DNA of 64,000 nt from Minutocellus sp. GHC0000111 (taxonomy: Eukaryota). The DNA is taken from assembly GCA_977018835.1 (NCBI GenBank), contig OZ361261.1, forward strand, positions 434,001-498,000. Direction: 5' to 3'. The notes beneath the pieces are model-generated. The model worked only from the letters and a program-made list of their open reading frames with translations. It was not told where the DNA came from and searched no databases. Of this stretch, positions 12,066-23,485 are shown one piece after another. The position numbers and the translations under genes were made by a program. Position 1 is the first letter of the stretch, and the number at the start of each line of letters is the position of its first letter.

Positions 12066-13787
12066 ATGGCAAAGCCAAAAGCCAAGCAAACTAAAACGCT
12101 CAAGAGGCGAGGCTCAAGCCCAGATAGAGGAAGGCAGGAGGCGGGCCTATCTCGCTGGCTGCGCAAATGTCCAAACATGATGTATATCGGCTTCATTTCT
12201 CTGCTCTTATTATTCTGCGTTCGCTTGACCTGGGTCGCAGGAATGACCGCTGAGGAGGGGTGGGCACATGCAGAGAAAGTGCTTCGCGAACACATAAGCC
12301 CTCCTACTTTCCCAACCGATGCCGATCGGAGCATACCGGACTTTGGTGCCGTAGGTGATGGCAAGACAGACTGTACCAAAGCGTTTCGGGATGCTATTGC
12401 CCTTTGCAGCTCATCTGGCGGGGGAAGAGTTGTGGTGCCGCCGGGTGGTGTCTACTTGACTGGACCCATTGTGCTGAAATCGAACGTAAATTTGCACGTG
12501 CCAGAGTCGGCCACAATACGCTTCAAACAAGATCCGAAGGCATATCTTCCACTCGTGAGAAGTCGGTGGGAGGGCGTGGAGCTAATGAATTATTCTCCAT
12601 TAATTTATGCCTACAAGGAAGAGAACGTTGCCATCACCGGCGATGGCACTCTCGATGGCAACGCGAATGCCACCGCATGGTGGCCCTGGAAGTACGGACC
12701 GCAAGATGCTGGACGTGATCGACTGTTCCAAATGGCCGAAGATGATGTTCCTGTACAGAAGCGATTATTTGGTGAGGGATACTACCTACGGCCAAACTTT
12801 ATCGAGCCATTCAAATGTCAGAACGTTTTGATTGAGGGGATCAAGATTGTAAATTCGCCGATGTGGGTCATCCATCCAACATTTTGCAATAATGTCATCG
12901 TGAGATCTGTAAATGTGGACAGTCATGGACCAAATAATGATGGGTGCGATCCGGACTCATGCAAAGATGTATTGATTGAAAATAGCGTTTTCAATACAGG
13001 AGATGACTGTGTGGCTGTAAAGAGCGGTCGAGGTGATGATGGACGGCGTGTCAACATACCTTCGGTGAATGTAATTATGCGCAATTGTACAATGAAGGAC
13101 GGTCACGGAGGACTGGTGGCAGGATCTGAGATTGCTGCAGGTGTTCGAAACTTGTATGCCGAAGATTGCAATTGGGACTCGCCTTATCTAAGGTATGGTT
13201 TGAGAATCAAATCTAACCCCTTGTTTGGAGGGCAAGCGGAGAACGTATTTGTGCGCAACGTTCAAATGAAGCAGGTAGAGAGAGCCGCCATTCGGTTGAA
13301 CTTTCATTATGAATGGGTTGAAGAGGGCCCTCATATGCCATCGGCCAGCAATATATTTGTAGAAAATGTAACATCGGAAAGAACGCAGTACGCTCTACAG
13401 CTGGAAGGTCTGAGCGATGCTTTGGCCAAGGATATTTCGATAACCAACAGCACATTCCACAACGTGCAACGGCAAAACGTTATCGACTTCATCGACGGAC
13501 TGGAGCTAGAAGACGTCGACATTCAATATGTCCCTTATCGTCCAAGTGGTCAGGTGGTTCTCTTTGGTTTTGTAATATTGCTATGTGGAGCTGCATGTTT
13601 TGTCGAGAAATATGTGCATCGACCAGTTCTTATAAAGACACCGTTGGGCGTGGTGGATTTATCCAAGCAAATAACATTTGTGCAAAAATTGTTTGGGAGT
13701 AATGGTTTTATTGGGTCCTCTTTACAATCAACTGGTATCGAGATGCCACCAAAAGAAGAAGGTGAAGAAGAACGGTTAGTGCCATGA
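12066..13787 (+). CDS. GH28 polygalacturonase-family glycoside hydrolase, membrane anchored
   Basis: All four GH28 motifs are present (NNDG, GDD, GHG, RIK), plus FGAVGDG and RWEGVELMNYSPLIYA. Hydrophobic segments lie at both ends. No intron. Confidence 0.9.
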   Translation: MAKPKAKQTKTLKRRGSSPDRGRQEAGLSRWLRKCPNMMYIGFISLLLLFCVRLTWVAGMTAEEGWAHAEKVLREHISPPTFPTDADRSIPDFGAVGDGKTDCTKAFRDAIALCSSSGGGRVVVPPGGVYLTGPIVLKSNVNLHVPESATIRFKQDPKAYLPLVRSRWEGVELMNYSPLIYAYKEENVAITGDGTLDGNANATAWWPWKYGPQDAGRDRLFQMAEDDVPVQKRLFGEGYYLRPNFIEPFKCQNVLIEGIKIVNSPMWVIHPTFCNNVIVRSVNVDSHGPNNDGCDPDSCKDVLIENSVFNTGDDCVAVKSGRGDDGRRVNIPSVNVIMRNCTMKDGHGGLVAGSEIAAGVRNLYAEDCNWDSPYLRYGLRIKSNPLFGGQAENVFVRNVQMKQVERAAIRLNFHYEWVEEGPHMPSASNIFVENVTSERTQYALQLEGLSDALAKDISITNSTFHNVQRQNVIDFIDGLELEDVDIQYVPYRPSGQVVLFGFVILLCGAACFVEKYVHRPVLIKTPLGVVDLSKQITFVQKLFGSNGFIGSSLQSTGIEMPPKEEGEEERLVP

Positions 13788-13841
13788 TGATCAATGTGGA
13801 TTAATAGAAAAATATTGTGTAGCTAGCGAGAAATATTATAT

Positions 13842-15542
13842 CTATTTTGGGCACTCGTAACCATCCACCGGATATGTTGGTGGGTAGCACTTGCAGCACG
13901 TTTCCTTGATCCGACGGTATCCTTTCGGGTGGCTGACGTCCAGTAAAGATTCTTGCTGGTCGAACATTTCAACCACATAATCGTATAGCTGCAGGTCATA
14001 ATTATTCTTTGCAGCAAGTAGCTCCCATCCTTCAGTGCCCTTTGCGGGATGGGCTTTCTTCGTTGCATTAACGTTGCGATTCGCTCCTCCGCCTTTGGAA
14101 AGAAGTTCTGCTCGGCACTTTTCTTGGTTGTGAGGGTTGACTCTGTACAACCACCGAAAGAAACGCTCAAAACGGTCCATGCTCTCTTCCATTTTGTCGG
14201 TTAGGCCCACAAAGAACTTCCGCCTCAACACCTCTTTGGCCAAAGCAAGGTCGTCTTCGGACAATGCGTCGATTGGATTGTTTGCCAACTGTCTGGTCAT
14301 CCAATTCTCTTCGGCCATAGTTGACCTTGCGTATTCCTCAATTGTCCAGTTCTGTAACTCGGGGTGATATGTCTCCTCCCAAGAGGCAGTTTGGATGTAG
14401 CAAATCTCGGAAATCGCTCTCTCGATTGGATGTCGAAAGACACCGAAGAATCTCAGCATGTGCGACGTTGAACCCAAAGCATCGGATTCGTGGACAAAAT
14501 TTGATACGATAATTTCTGCCATGCCTGATGAAGGGAAACCGATATCCTTCGCATGCTGAATGCCTTCGACGGTATGAGTGTCCACGTTCACGAACATGCT
14601 CCCGCCAGGTCGGACAATCTGTAAGATTTCGTCATTTTCATGCCCATCGAGTGTGCCAATATTGGACGCTGTGATGAGACGGTGACATGATCCAGCAACA
14701 TCCTTGATTGTTGAACCGCCGCTCTTTGGCACGTGCCAGAATGTTGGCACATCCGATTTATGGTAAGGTTCCGACGTATCTTTGAAATGCGCCATACCAA
14801 AAATGGGAGGGGCTTCAGTATCGTTGGGATCTTGTTCTGGCGAAAGAAGATCGGGGTCGTCTGGTATGATTTGTATTTGGGCATTCCCTGCAGTGCCCGA
14901 TTCGTTTGTTTTGCCATCAGCATTTGACTCGGCATCACCGCTATCGGCAGCACCAGAGGCTGCGGCATCGGACGGTAAACGTAGATGCAGCTTCTGAAAG
15001 CCAGAATTTTGTCGGTTCTTCTTGTTCATTTTCTCTTTCTTTCCGCCTGCATGAACTCGTGGTCTCTCGTTCTCGTTGTACTGTGCGCGTTGAACGACGT
15101 GGTGTCCTTCTTGAACAATTGTTTCGACCCTTCTCCGCACCAAGCCCGGCATTCCAGGAAATTTTATTCTCATTCGCCTTCTTCGGGGGATGACTAAAAT
15201 TAGCAAAAGTACCGAAGCTGCAACGACCAGCGCTTTCTTTTCCCGTCGTCTCTTCCACCAAGGCAACTGCGACTCATCCGAAATGTTTGGGCGCCGGGCA
15301 TGTATCTTGCTATCTATTTCGTCGTATTTCCCACTGGTATCGCGTTGCGTCCGAGGCAAATAGAGACTCTCTCTGTCTTCGCTGTCGTGATATCGAGAAA
15401 CGAGCCGATCCGCGTACGAGCCTTCGGATGATCCGGTCCCAGAGCCCCGGTAGCTATCATTGGAAGAGCTTTTGCGTTTATATTGTGGCTTGTACCTGTC
15501 ACGGCCGCCGCCGCTGTCCGGGTGTTGGTACCGGCTCGCCAT
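13842..15542 (-). CDS. Golgi-type sulfotransferase-like protein
   Basis: Type II TM segment, PAPS-binding motifs FWHVPKSGGSTIK and FRHPIERAIS, then ENWMTR and N.YDLQLY. Confidence 0.85.
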   Translation of the reverse strand: MASRYQHPDSGGGRDRYKPQYKRKSSSNDSYRGSGTGSSEGSYADRLVSRYHDSEDRESLYLPRTQRDTSGKYDEIDSKIHARRPNISDESQLPWWKRRREKKALVVAASVLLLILVIPRRRRMRIKFPGMPGLVRRRVETIVQEGHHVVQRAQYNENERPRVHAGGKKEKMNKKNRQNSGFQKLHLRLPSDAAASGAADSGDAESNADGKTNESGTAGNAQIQIIPDDPDLLSPEQDPNDTEAPPIFGMAHFKDTSEPYHKSDVPTFWHVPKSGGSTIKDVAGSCHRLITASNIGTLDGHENDEILQIVRPGGSMFVNVDTHTVEGIQHAKDIGFPSSGMAEIIVSNFVHESDALGSTSHMLRFFGVFRHPIERAISEICYIQTASWEETYHPELQNWTIEEYARSTMAEENWMTRQLANNPIDALSEDDLALAKEVLRRKFFVGLTDKMEESMDRFERFFRWLYRVNPHNQEKCRAELLSKGGGANRNVNATKKAHPAKGTEGWELLAAKNNYDLQLYDYVVEMFDQQESLLDVSHPKGYRRIKETCCKCYPPTYPVDGYECPK

Positions 15543-15735
15543 CGTTGAAAAATGGAGCGGCGCGAGAGGCGAGAGGCCGACCGAATGACGTCAACCTTTC
15601 GTCACAGAAAGATGACTGGGCGCCAGGCTACCGATCATATCAACATGCAGACCCAGTCAGAACATCATCAAGAGGTGGTGAGAACTAAAACCAAGATACC
15701 TCCAGTGTAAACCATTTACTAGCTAGAGTAACGAT

Positions 15736-18508
15736 TTATGCCGTGAACATCTTGCCCTGCTCTCGATAAAGTTGCTCAGCGAACTCATAAAGAAGGACGT
15801 CATATTTGTTGTGCTCGGCAATGAGGTTCCACAAGTCAGATCCCTCTTCAACATCATCATGCCGATGCTTTAGTGGCCAAGCCCAATTCAGCTTCTTATC
15901 GTGACACTCTCGCTCTGCCTCCGAACGAAGCTTCCAGCCAAAGTAAGCCTCGAATCTGGCCAGCGAGTCGCTCTTCTCATCCATCAATCCAACGAGACAT
16001 TTCCGACGGATGATGGCCTTGGCCACCTCCAAGTGACCTTCATCGATTTCAGATGTATGCTCATTGGAAAGGAAGCGAGTCATCCAATTGCTCTCGCCCA
16101 TCCCACCCTTGTAGTACTCGTCTATAGTAATCTTGGACAGCCCGATGCACTGGATGCCTGAACATGGTAAACAACCGAGCCCGATGATTTTCATCAAACA
16201 CCGAGGCACCATCGTACAGAAGCGACGTCATGAAGACATCAGCCATGCCAGACTCGGCAAGGCCTAAGCTCTTGGCCCGTTGGATACCAGGGCCATTCGA
16301 TGTATCGACATTGACATATTTGATTTTGCTAGGAAATTCCACCTCCTCGAGCATTTCGTCCTTGTCATGACCCTGTCTACCACCGGCATCACTGGCAATG
16401 GTTAGCTTCAAACAGCCTCCGAGGATATCATTCATACTGGCCCCGGCACTTCGCGGAATGTGCCAGTAATAGGCCAAGTCGTCCTTGTGGACCGGGACAT
16501 CATCGACGTCGGCAAGATTGTCGAGTTGTGGTGGTATTTCAACCCAGGCATGTTTGCCTCCCATCCCATCGGCGTACTCCATTCCCTCGTTCTGGCCGTC
16601 AGCACCAATGGATATTTCTTGGGCTTCATCTGGTTCCATTTTGCCATCAATTGTGTCCTGACCCTCGCCGGCATCGGCAAAATCATTCATATTTTCTTGC
16701 TCCGCGTCACTTGCAATGTCAATGTTGGGCTCAAGACCAGGAGTCTCAACAACACCGCCAACATCTTGGTTGCCCTTGTGATGCGCCATGCCTGCCCGAA
16801 TATGATTGGCAGCATCGACGCCCCGTCTCTGTCGAAAGTTGTTCATCGCCCGACCATACTCATCAACATCCATATCGCCAGGGCCCTGAGGCATCCGCTG
16901 ATCGCCCAACACGACGCGTTCCAACCCCAAGAAGATCACTCCGCAGAGTGCCCCCGCCACCAACATGCGCAAAATATATAGAACCTGGTTAAGACGCTGT
17001 TGTTGCGGTGTCTGCGAAACGACGGAGGCCGACGAGGAATTGTGATTCCCCGCACCGCCCATTATTTTCGAGAAGTAGTCATCGCTCTCCAGCGAGGATA
17101 CGGTCGAACCGCCCTTGGACTGAGAGTCAAACTTCTTGTTAGTATGGCGGGGTGATCCTGGTAGAACTGTGTTGCGCAATGTGCAGCACAATCGTCGGGC
17201 GTTGATCCAGCATGGCTCTGTGGCCCGGACGATGTAAACCAACAATGCGGCAATCGGACCGGGTAGAATTGCTTGGATGTTGGCACAGAGGGAAGGGCCG
17301 TGCGTTTGATAGGCCACCGAGGGAACGTAGCGCGACTGCGAACCCCCGCTACTGGCGCGGCTCCCAAAAGAGCGATTCGATGCCACACTCCGATTGCCGT
17401 CGTCATTATGGCCAGAGCCCAGACCGCTGCTCATACCGCCAGCTGCAGCTCCGGCCGCATTTCCACCACGGCGTGAGTAGACACTGCCCGAGCTCTTGTT
17501 GCCGACGTAGGCTGTGACATCAATCTGCTCCAGGGCACCAGAAACCGATCGACTACCCCGGGTGTTGTCACCAACTAGTTTGCTCTCCTTGCCGCCATTG
17601 GCCGCCGCGCCAGCTCCCCGGCTATTGGACAGAATGTATTCCAACCCACCAACGCTTTGTGCGACGCTGGCCGGTCCTCGTGGCCCACTGCCTCCCGCCT
17701 TGGCTCCACCAGCTTGTTGTATGCCGTTCTCCAGTTCCGCCAATTCGGCACTGCGCTCATAGTCATCGTCAGTCATGCGATCGGGCTTGTCTTGATGATT
17801 AGTCAAATTGGGTCCAGGTCCAGAATCGTCGCCACCGCTATCCCTCCGACCGAATTGGGATCCCATCTTGTTGCCGCCACCACCGCCGGTAGCCGTCGAC
17901 CCAAAGTAGTACGCGGTGCTGCCCACGGTATTGCCGGCCAGACTGCTGGTAATTTGACTCATGTCGTCGTCCCGATCGCGGGCGTAGATGGTCGGTCCCT
18001 CGGCCTCGCGGTAGGCCGTGACGCCCGTAATGGCCGTGGAGCGGGTGATGACCGATTGGTCTTCTTCTTCCTCTTTGTCTGGCATGTTGTCATCAGATGC
18101 TGTGCTGTAGACTCGGCTGGAGTAGTTTGCGGTTCGACCGGCCGCCCCTGCGCCGCTCCCAAAAGGGGTGGACGTGGAGCTAAAGGTCGGAGGTCGTGCT
18201 GATGGTGCTTCAACTTGCGGCGGGGCGGCGTTGTTCTTCGCTAGGGCTGATGATGTCTTGTTCTTTGCGCGGCCACTCACACTGTCCATCAGAGACAAAT
18301 CTTCCATCAGCGTGTCCAAGTCAACGCTGGCACCGCTCCCACCGTCTGCGGCACCGCCCACCGCTGCCGGGGTGGACTCGTCCAACCGACCCAGACCACC
18401 GGCGTTACCGGAATTGGGCCGGGCATATGCACTTGTGCCGGTACCGGCGCCGGTGGCTCCACGGCCTCTCCGTCGAGAGGACGACGTCTTCCAGTTCCGT
18501 TGAGACAT
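15736..18508 (-). pseudogene. Sulfotransferase-like gene with a frameshifting internal deletion
   Basis: YWHIPRSAG and FRHPVHRAV are joined out of frame to LSKITIDEYY..SNWMTRFL at 16136-16140. About 18 or more codons present in the two in-window paralogues are missing. Confidence 0.75.
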
Positions 18509-19080
18509 GGCGAGACTGAGAGGTTATTAGCTGGTGTTATATGTGCTCGATTTCACTCTGTTTTGTGCCTGGCAGTCCAGTATCTTCCCTCTGACCTGCC
18601 GGCGCACATACGTCTGTAGGAATTCGAGAAAATGACTTCATGGTGCTTTGCGCGATGACTTCGCTTGCTTCAGCTTCGCTTCGTGTCCAAAATGAATATG
18701 CACAAAAAGCGGATTGTTTAGTGGTTCAACATTCCAATTTGACTTTTTTTGTTTGCTCCCTTCCTGAACTGACTGGCCGATGATGAGACTCTGACGATGG
18801 CAGCAGGCAATGTATCCAAGGCATTGACTACAGCAAATCTTAAATAGATGAACTAATTTCCAAAGAAGCCCGGCAACTTTTATTAATTTTCTTTTGACTG
18901 ACCATTTTCTCCGTGTTTTCTCTCAGTGCTGGCTCACACCCCACCACGATCTTCTTCTCAAGTTTGCGCACACTTTTAAGGCATTCTTGAAACGAATTTG
19001 GCAACCTACAACGCATATATGTATGTTCAATATATGTTGGCATCCATGTCCGCTTCTCCCTCACATAATCCATCGTATCT

Positions 19081-20196
19081 TTACTGAATCCTCCTTTGCT
19101 GCAAACCCAGCATCGTCCTCACGATAACTGCAATCTTCTCCTTGGCCATCATCATGAGAGCGGCACTGAGAACACCCCGGGTCAATTCCGGTCCAATGCC
19201 ACGGAACACCTCCCCCAGACCTCCGTCGGCAAACATCTCCAACACCATGCCCGGGATGCCACCCTTGGGAGCACCGCCCTCGGCATACGTCGACTGGAGC
19301 ATCACCTTGCCCCTCACGTACGGGAAGCAGATGATGGTCGACACGGTCCGGGCCACCATGCCCAGGAAGAATGCCTCGGCGGCACCCAGCGATTCGTTCT
19401 GGGCATTGTTATATCCGGGCTTGGTACTTCGTCGGCCGGCCAGTACCATGGCCTTGACCTGCTCAAAAACGGTGTACTGAATGGCCGGCTTGAGACAGAG
19501 GACGGTGTAGGCCTGGATGCCCTTGTACATGCCCGCCATGCCCTTCTCGCTGAGCATGGCATTCAACAACGCAATGGGACCGGCACCGGTGGTATCGGTC
19601 TGGATCTTGGTCGTGAGACAATCGATGGGGAGGGTAATGGGCAGATGGGCCCACTCGGCCATGCATCCCAGCAACAGGTTGGGGAGGGCATCAATGGTGT
19701 GATTGCCAGTGAGCACTTTGTAGGCGTTTTTGAATCCAGTATACGCAAAGAAATACAACGCCTTCTCCGTGGCTGATTGGATGGCACTGGTCTCAATACC
19801 GGCATAAAAGCAGGAGATGCCCCCCTCGGCGTACATTTGTTTGGCGTAGGCGACCATCCCCTGCTGCGCCGCAGACGGCGGAGGCGGGGGGTCGTTGTCC
19901 TCGTCCTCTCCCTCCAGCATGGAATCGTCTCGAATGACTGATACTGCAGCGGTGGCAGTAGCAGTCTTATTGGCATCGGCCGCGACGTTGCACTGCTGAC
20001 AGCTCTCGCAGGTGCAGCTGCATTTTTGGTGCCGGACGACGGTGGCAACGGCCGGGGTGCTGCCTGTGCTGTCCTTGGTTTCGGCCTGCATCTTGGTCTT
20101 GAGAATTTCGAGAGGATACAGAGCGCTGGCCGAGAAGGACCCGCCCAGCGAGGCGGACACCACCTCGGCCAGGATGGACTCAGTATCGTTGGACAT
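19081..20196 (-). CDS. Mitochondrial-carrier-family protein, peroxisomal adenine nucleotide carrier-like
   Basis: PxE/DxxK signatures (YPLEILKTKMQ, LPIDCLTTKIQ, FPYVRGKVMLQ) and PAIQYTVFEQVK. Confidence 0.85.
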   Translation of the reverse strand: MSNDTESILAEVVSASLGGSFSASALYPLEILKTKMQAETKDSTGSTPAVATVVRHQKCSCTCESCQQCNVAADANKTATATAAVSVIRDDSMLEGEDEDNDPPPPPSAAQQGMVAYAKQMYAEGGISCFYAGIETSAIQSATEKALYFFAYTGFKNAYKVLTGNHTIDALPNLLLGCMAEWAHLPITLPIDCLTTKIQTDTTGAGPIALLNAMLSEKGMAGMYKGIQAYTVLCLKPAIQYTVFEQVKAMVLAGRRSTKPGYNNAQNESLGAAEAFFLGMVARTVSTIICFPYVRGKVMLQSTYAEGGAPKGGIPGMVLEMFADGGLGEVFRGIGPELTRGVLSAALMMMAKEKIAVIVRTMLGLQQRRIQ

Positions 20197-20388
20197 GGTT
20201 GGTGACCTCGGGCTTTGTCTGCTGTTATGTTCTGGCAAACGAGAATTGACGGCACATCACGTGACGCTGGCCGCCCCAAAACTGGCGTGGCCGGCTCGCA
20301 ACGACCGCCACTTGCTCAACACATGAAATGAATTTGTGAGTACGTCAGTGCACCATTGATTCGATATCCAGTCTACACCCAAGCCATC

Positions 20389-21885
20389 ATGCCGCTCCAT
20401 TTATCAGGCAGAGCCGCTATATTGGCCATTTTGGCATCAACGGCACGTCATGTGTCGGTCTCAGCCTTCTCGGCCGTATCTCCCGCCTACGAGACCATCC
20501 GAACATCGCCGTTGTTTGATCCAACTTCGGGACAACCATCTTCGGCGCCCATCCTCCCCGATGTCTCCTCTTCGCCATCATCCAACAAGTCACTGGTGGT
20601 AATACTGCCACAGCTAGGGGAATTCGACTCGTCGGAATACTGCGAGTATCTGGTAGCCGCCAAGGACAAGCTCGACGAGGCCAACATCGATCTCAAGGTG
20701 GTGGGAATTGGCAACGAAGATGCTGCTGCCGAATTCTGTGCCTTTACTGGTCTGTCCAAGGATGCCCTTTGGATCGATCCGGATGCCAAGTTGCACACGG
20801 AACTTGGTTTGCATGCAGGACCGAACTGGGATGTGCCGGATTGGGCCTCCGACGACTTGATCAAGTTTCTGTTCAAGGCATTCCTACTGCCCGGCGGAAT
20901 TCCAGATGATCCCGATATGCTCCGACCGGTAGCTCGATCGTGGCTCAACTATCTGCTCATGTGCGCTGGCATCGGTGCACCGGGAACGTTGAGGGAGATT
21001 TTGCGTGGATACTTTGGTGATTACAGGGCACCGGAGCGATTTAGAGACGATGACGTGGTCAAAGCCGGATTTATTAACATTGGGCCAGGCGTCGGTCCTA
21101 CGCAGTTGGGACGGCTAAAATACACTCAGTGGTTTGCCGACGAGAAGGGATGTCAGCGACCTGTTGAGCTGGCGACTGTTCGGCTGAAGAATATGGTGGA
21201 AGTGCTGACCAAGTGGGACGTCTATGTGTCCAATCCACTGACCATCGACAAACGCGGTGCAACACTTTTGTTTGATGCGGATGGGTCTGAGCTCTACTCA
21301 TACAAATCGAGAGGTGTGTTGACATATTCCGAGACCATGCCGAGGCCGCTAACATTTCTTAGCCCGTATATTGGGGAAGAATTCGCCAAGAATCCACTCG
21401 CTTTGCCAGACAACGGCGGAGGTGAATTGAAGAAGGGAAGAGGCATCCTCAAACCGGCTGGAAAAGCGATGGGCTTCCTGTCGCTCTTGTTCAAGCTCGA
21501 AAACAAACTTCAGGCGCAAGTATTGGGAGCTGACGAAGGAGATTTTGCAGCTGCACGAAAAGAGATTGAAGATATTATCGCAAGCGATAAGGTTGTGATT
21601 TATACCTATGGGTTGAGCCCATTCAGTACGGAAGCCACTGCGGTTTTGGATGAAATTGGTGCTCAGTACAAAAAAGTGGAACTTGGATTGGAATGGTTCC
21701 TTTTGGACAAGGAGAAGAGCACTGTCCGCGCGGAATTGTTGGAAATGACTGGTCAAAGCTCACTGCCACATGTCTTCATTGATGGAAAGCATGTTGGAGG
21801 ATTGTTCACAGGCAATGCCGATGGATCATCGCCAGGATTGGCAGGTCTGAAGGAGAGTGGAGAGTTGAAGAAGATGCTTGCATAG
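20389..21885 (+). CDS. Plastid-targeted AhpC/TSA-like domain plus glutaredoxin-like domain fusion
   Basis: Signal peptide ending VSA-FS, motifs [12 protein letters not shown] and [13 protein letters not shown], and a C-terminal [18 protein letters not shown]. Confidence 0.8.
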   Translation: MPLHLSGRAAILAILASTARHVSVSAFSAVSPAYETIRTSPLFDPTSGQPSSAPILPDVSSSPSSNKSLVVILPQLGEFDSSEYCEYLVAAKDKLDEANIDLKVVGIGNEDAAAEFCAFTGLSKDALWIDPDAKLHTELGLHAGPNWDVPDWASDDLIKFLFKAFLLPGGIPDDPDMLRPVARSWLNYLLMCAGIGAPGTLREILRGYFGDYRAPERFRDDDVVKAGFINIGPGVGPTQLGRLKYTQWFADEKGCQRPVELATVRLKNMVEVLTKWDVYVSNPLTIDKRGATLLFDADGSELYSYKSRGVLTYSETMPRPLTFLSPYIGEEFAKNPLALPDNGGGELKKGRGILKPAGKAMGFLSLLFKLENKLQAQVLGADEGDFAAARKEIEDIIASDKVVIYTYGLSPFSTEATAVLDEIGAQYKKVELGLEWFLLDKEKSTVRAELLEMTGQSSLPHVFIDGKHVGGLFTGNADGSSPGLAGLKESGELKKMLA

Positions 21886-22129
21886 AAGATAAGACTGTGA
21901 AAGAATCTTTTGGTGTTGTAGATCTACAAGTCAGTCCTTGTCTGCGAATGATTATCGCCTCCCAGCTCCTCGCGCCAAGTCAGCGGCGGAGATTTGAATT
22001 TACGGGACCACATGGTCCCGTCCAAAACAGTTCCGCTGGAAGATACCCTCTCATCATCTCATCAGCAAAGGCCAGCTAATCGAGGCCAGTGTTTGCAGCA
22101 ATAGTATCTGGTTGATTATCAGAGGTACC

Positions 22130-23485
22130 ATGCCGAAGAAGAGCAGGCGCAACCGAGCGAAGGGAGGGGCGGCCGGCACGGGTCGCGGGGCTTCGGGAGT
22201 CGGTAGCTTCAACAGCAGTACCCAACGAGGAATGGACCTTGTGTCGTACTGTCCTGACAGGGATCGGAAGGTAGCGTTGTGGATGTACGAGTGGTCGGCG
22301 GCCAAAGATCGTCTCATGAAGGACATTCTCGATGCATTGGCTGAAGATCCTCGCATTCATGCCCTGTTCGATCCAGACTGCCTCTCTCCCACACTCGTCA
22401 ATTTATTGGAGTATTCCACTGCGAACTTTGTCACAATGACTTCTGGCAGCACGCCACACTCACTATTAGATGCTACGGCTCTCGCTGCTACCAAACCCTT
22501 ACTGGTTGAGGCGGCGAATATGGTTTTTAGGAACGGGTGCAAAACCAGCCTCCCTCCTCTCCAGCGCCGGAAAAAGTACGTGGAGGGTATTATCGATGAT
22601 GCCCGTGGTCTGATGGCCATCGGCCGAGGAGATGTGGCGGCTGCTCTGTGCAACTTTGGGCTGAATTGTGAGCAAACTAAGATATTTTGCGACGCGTTCC
22701 TCGCGGAGTGGGACTGTAATATTCACTCAAGCGATGCGTTTGTGGATGGCAAGGCGAAACGTGCGATGAAGATTATCTCGGAGAACGAGACAAATCCGAT
22801 GCATACTCGGGCCCATGCGTTGGTACTTCGAGGTATGATGTCTCATGAGTTTGAAGAGTGTCCAAGTCCAGCCACTGCCGCCTATTTCCGCAGGGCACTT
22901 CGATACAGCCGCAAAATTGAGGCAGGCGAAATGCGTTCCATCGACTTTGTTTTGCAGGGTGTCTCGTTACAACTTGACGTCAAGGAAAGAGTTGAGCTGA
23001 ATTTGGATGTGGCAAAGCGGTTACTTTCCTTCTATGAAGGACCAGGTGCATGTGTGGGGATGACGCTTTTGGAGAGGATTTCACATTTTGATAGAAGTTT
23101 CCCTTGCATTCCAAACTACCTGGCTATCGGAGGGGCACAATGCGACCACTGCGGCAAAACGGCCGAGGAAGCTGGTCTTCCCTGCTTGCACAAATGCAAG
23201 CAATGCCGCATGGCTCTTTACTGCAGCGTCGAGTGCCAGGCCGCCAGATGGTCTGGCGGTGGACATCGGGAGCACTGTAAGAAGTTTGGGCGATTTGGGG
23301 TTGGCGACAAGCTTGTTTTGTTTGGTTTGAAGAAACGATCTGACCTCAATACCTCCCTGGTCGAGGTAGTTGGCAAGACTATGCCCCATCGTTTGAACGT
23401 TCGTATCTGCTTCCCTCCCGAGCACGAGGGCACCGTCGTTGCTGCCAAGAAGACGAATCTGCGCCACCACCGCCCGATGAGGTAG
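22130..23485 (+). CDS. MYND zinc-finger protein
   Basis: CDHCGK..CKQCRMALYCSVECQ..W..H.EHC followed by an SH3-like GLKKRSDLN tail. Confidence 0.85.
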   Translation: MPKKSRRNRAKGGAAGTGRGASGVGSFNSSTQRGMDLVSYCPDRDRKVALWMYEWSAAKDRLMKDILDALAEDPRIHALFDPDCLSPTLVNLLEYSTANFVTMTSGSTPHSLLDATALAATKPLLVEAANMVFRNGCKTSLPPLQRRKKYVEGIIDDARGLMAIGRGDVAAALCNFGLNCEQTKIFCDAFLAEWDCNIHSSDAFVDGKAKRAMKIISENETNPMHTRAHALVLRGMMSHEFEECPSPATAAYFRRALRYSRKIEAGEMRSIDFVLQGVSLQLDVKERVELNLDVAKRLLSFYEGPGACVGMTLLERISHFDRSFPCIPNYLAIGGAQCDHCGKTAEEAGLPCLHKCKQCRMALYCSVECQAARWSGGGHREHCKKFGRFGVGDKLVLFGLKKRSDLNTSLVEVVGKTMPHRLNVRICFPPEHEGTVVAAKKTNLRHHRPMR

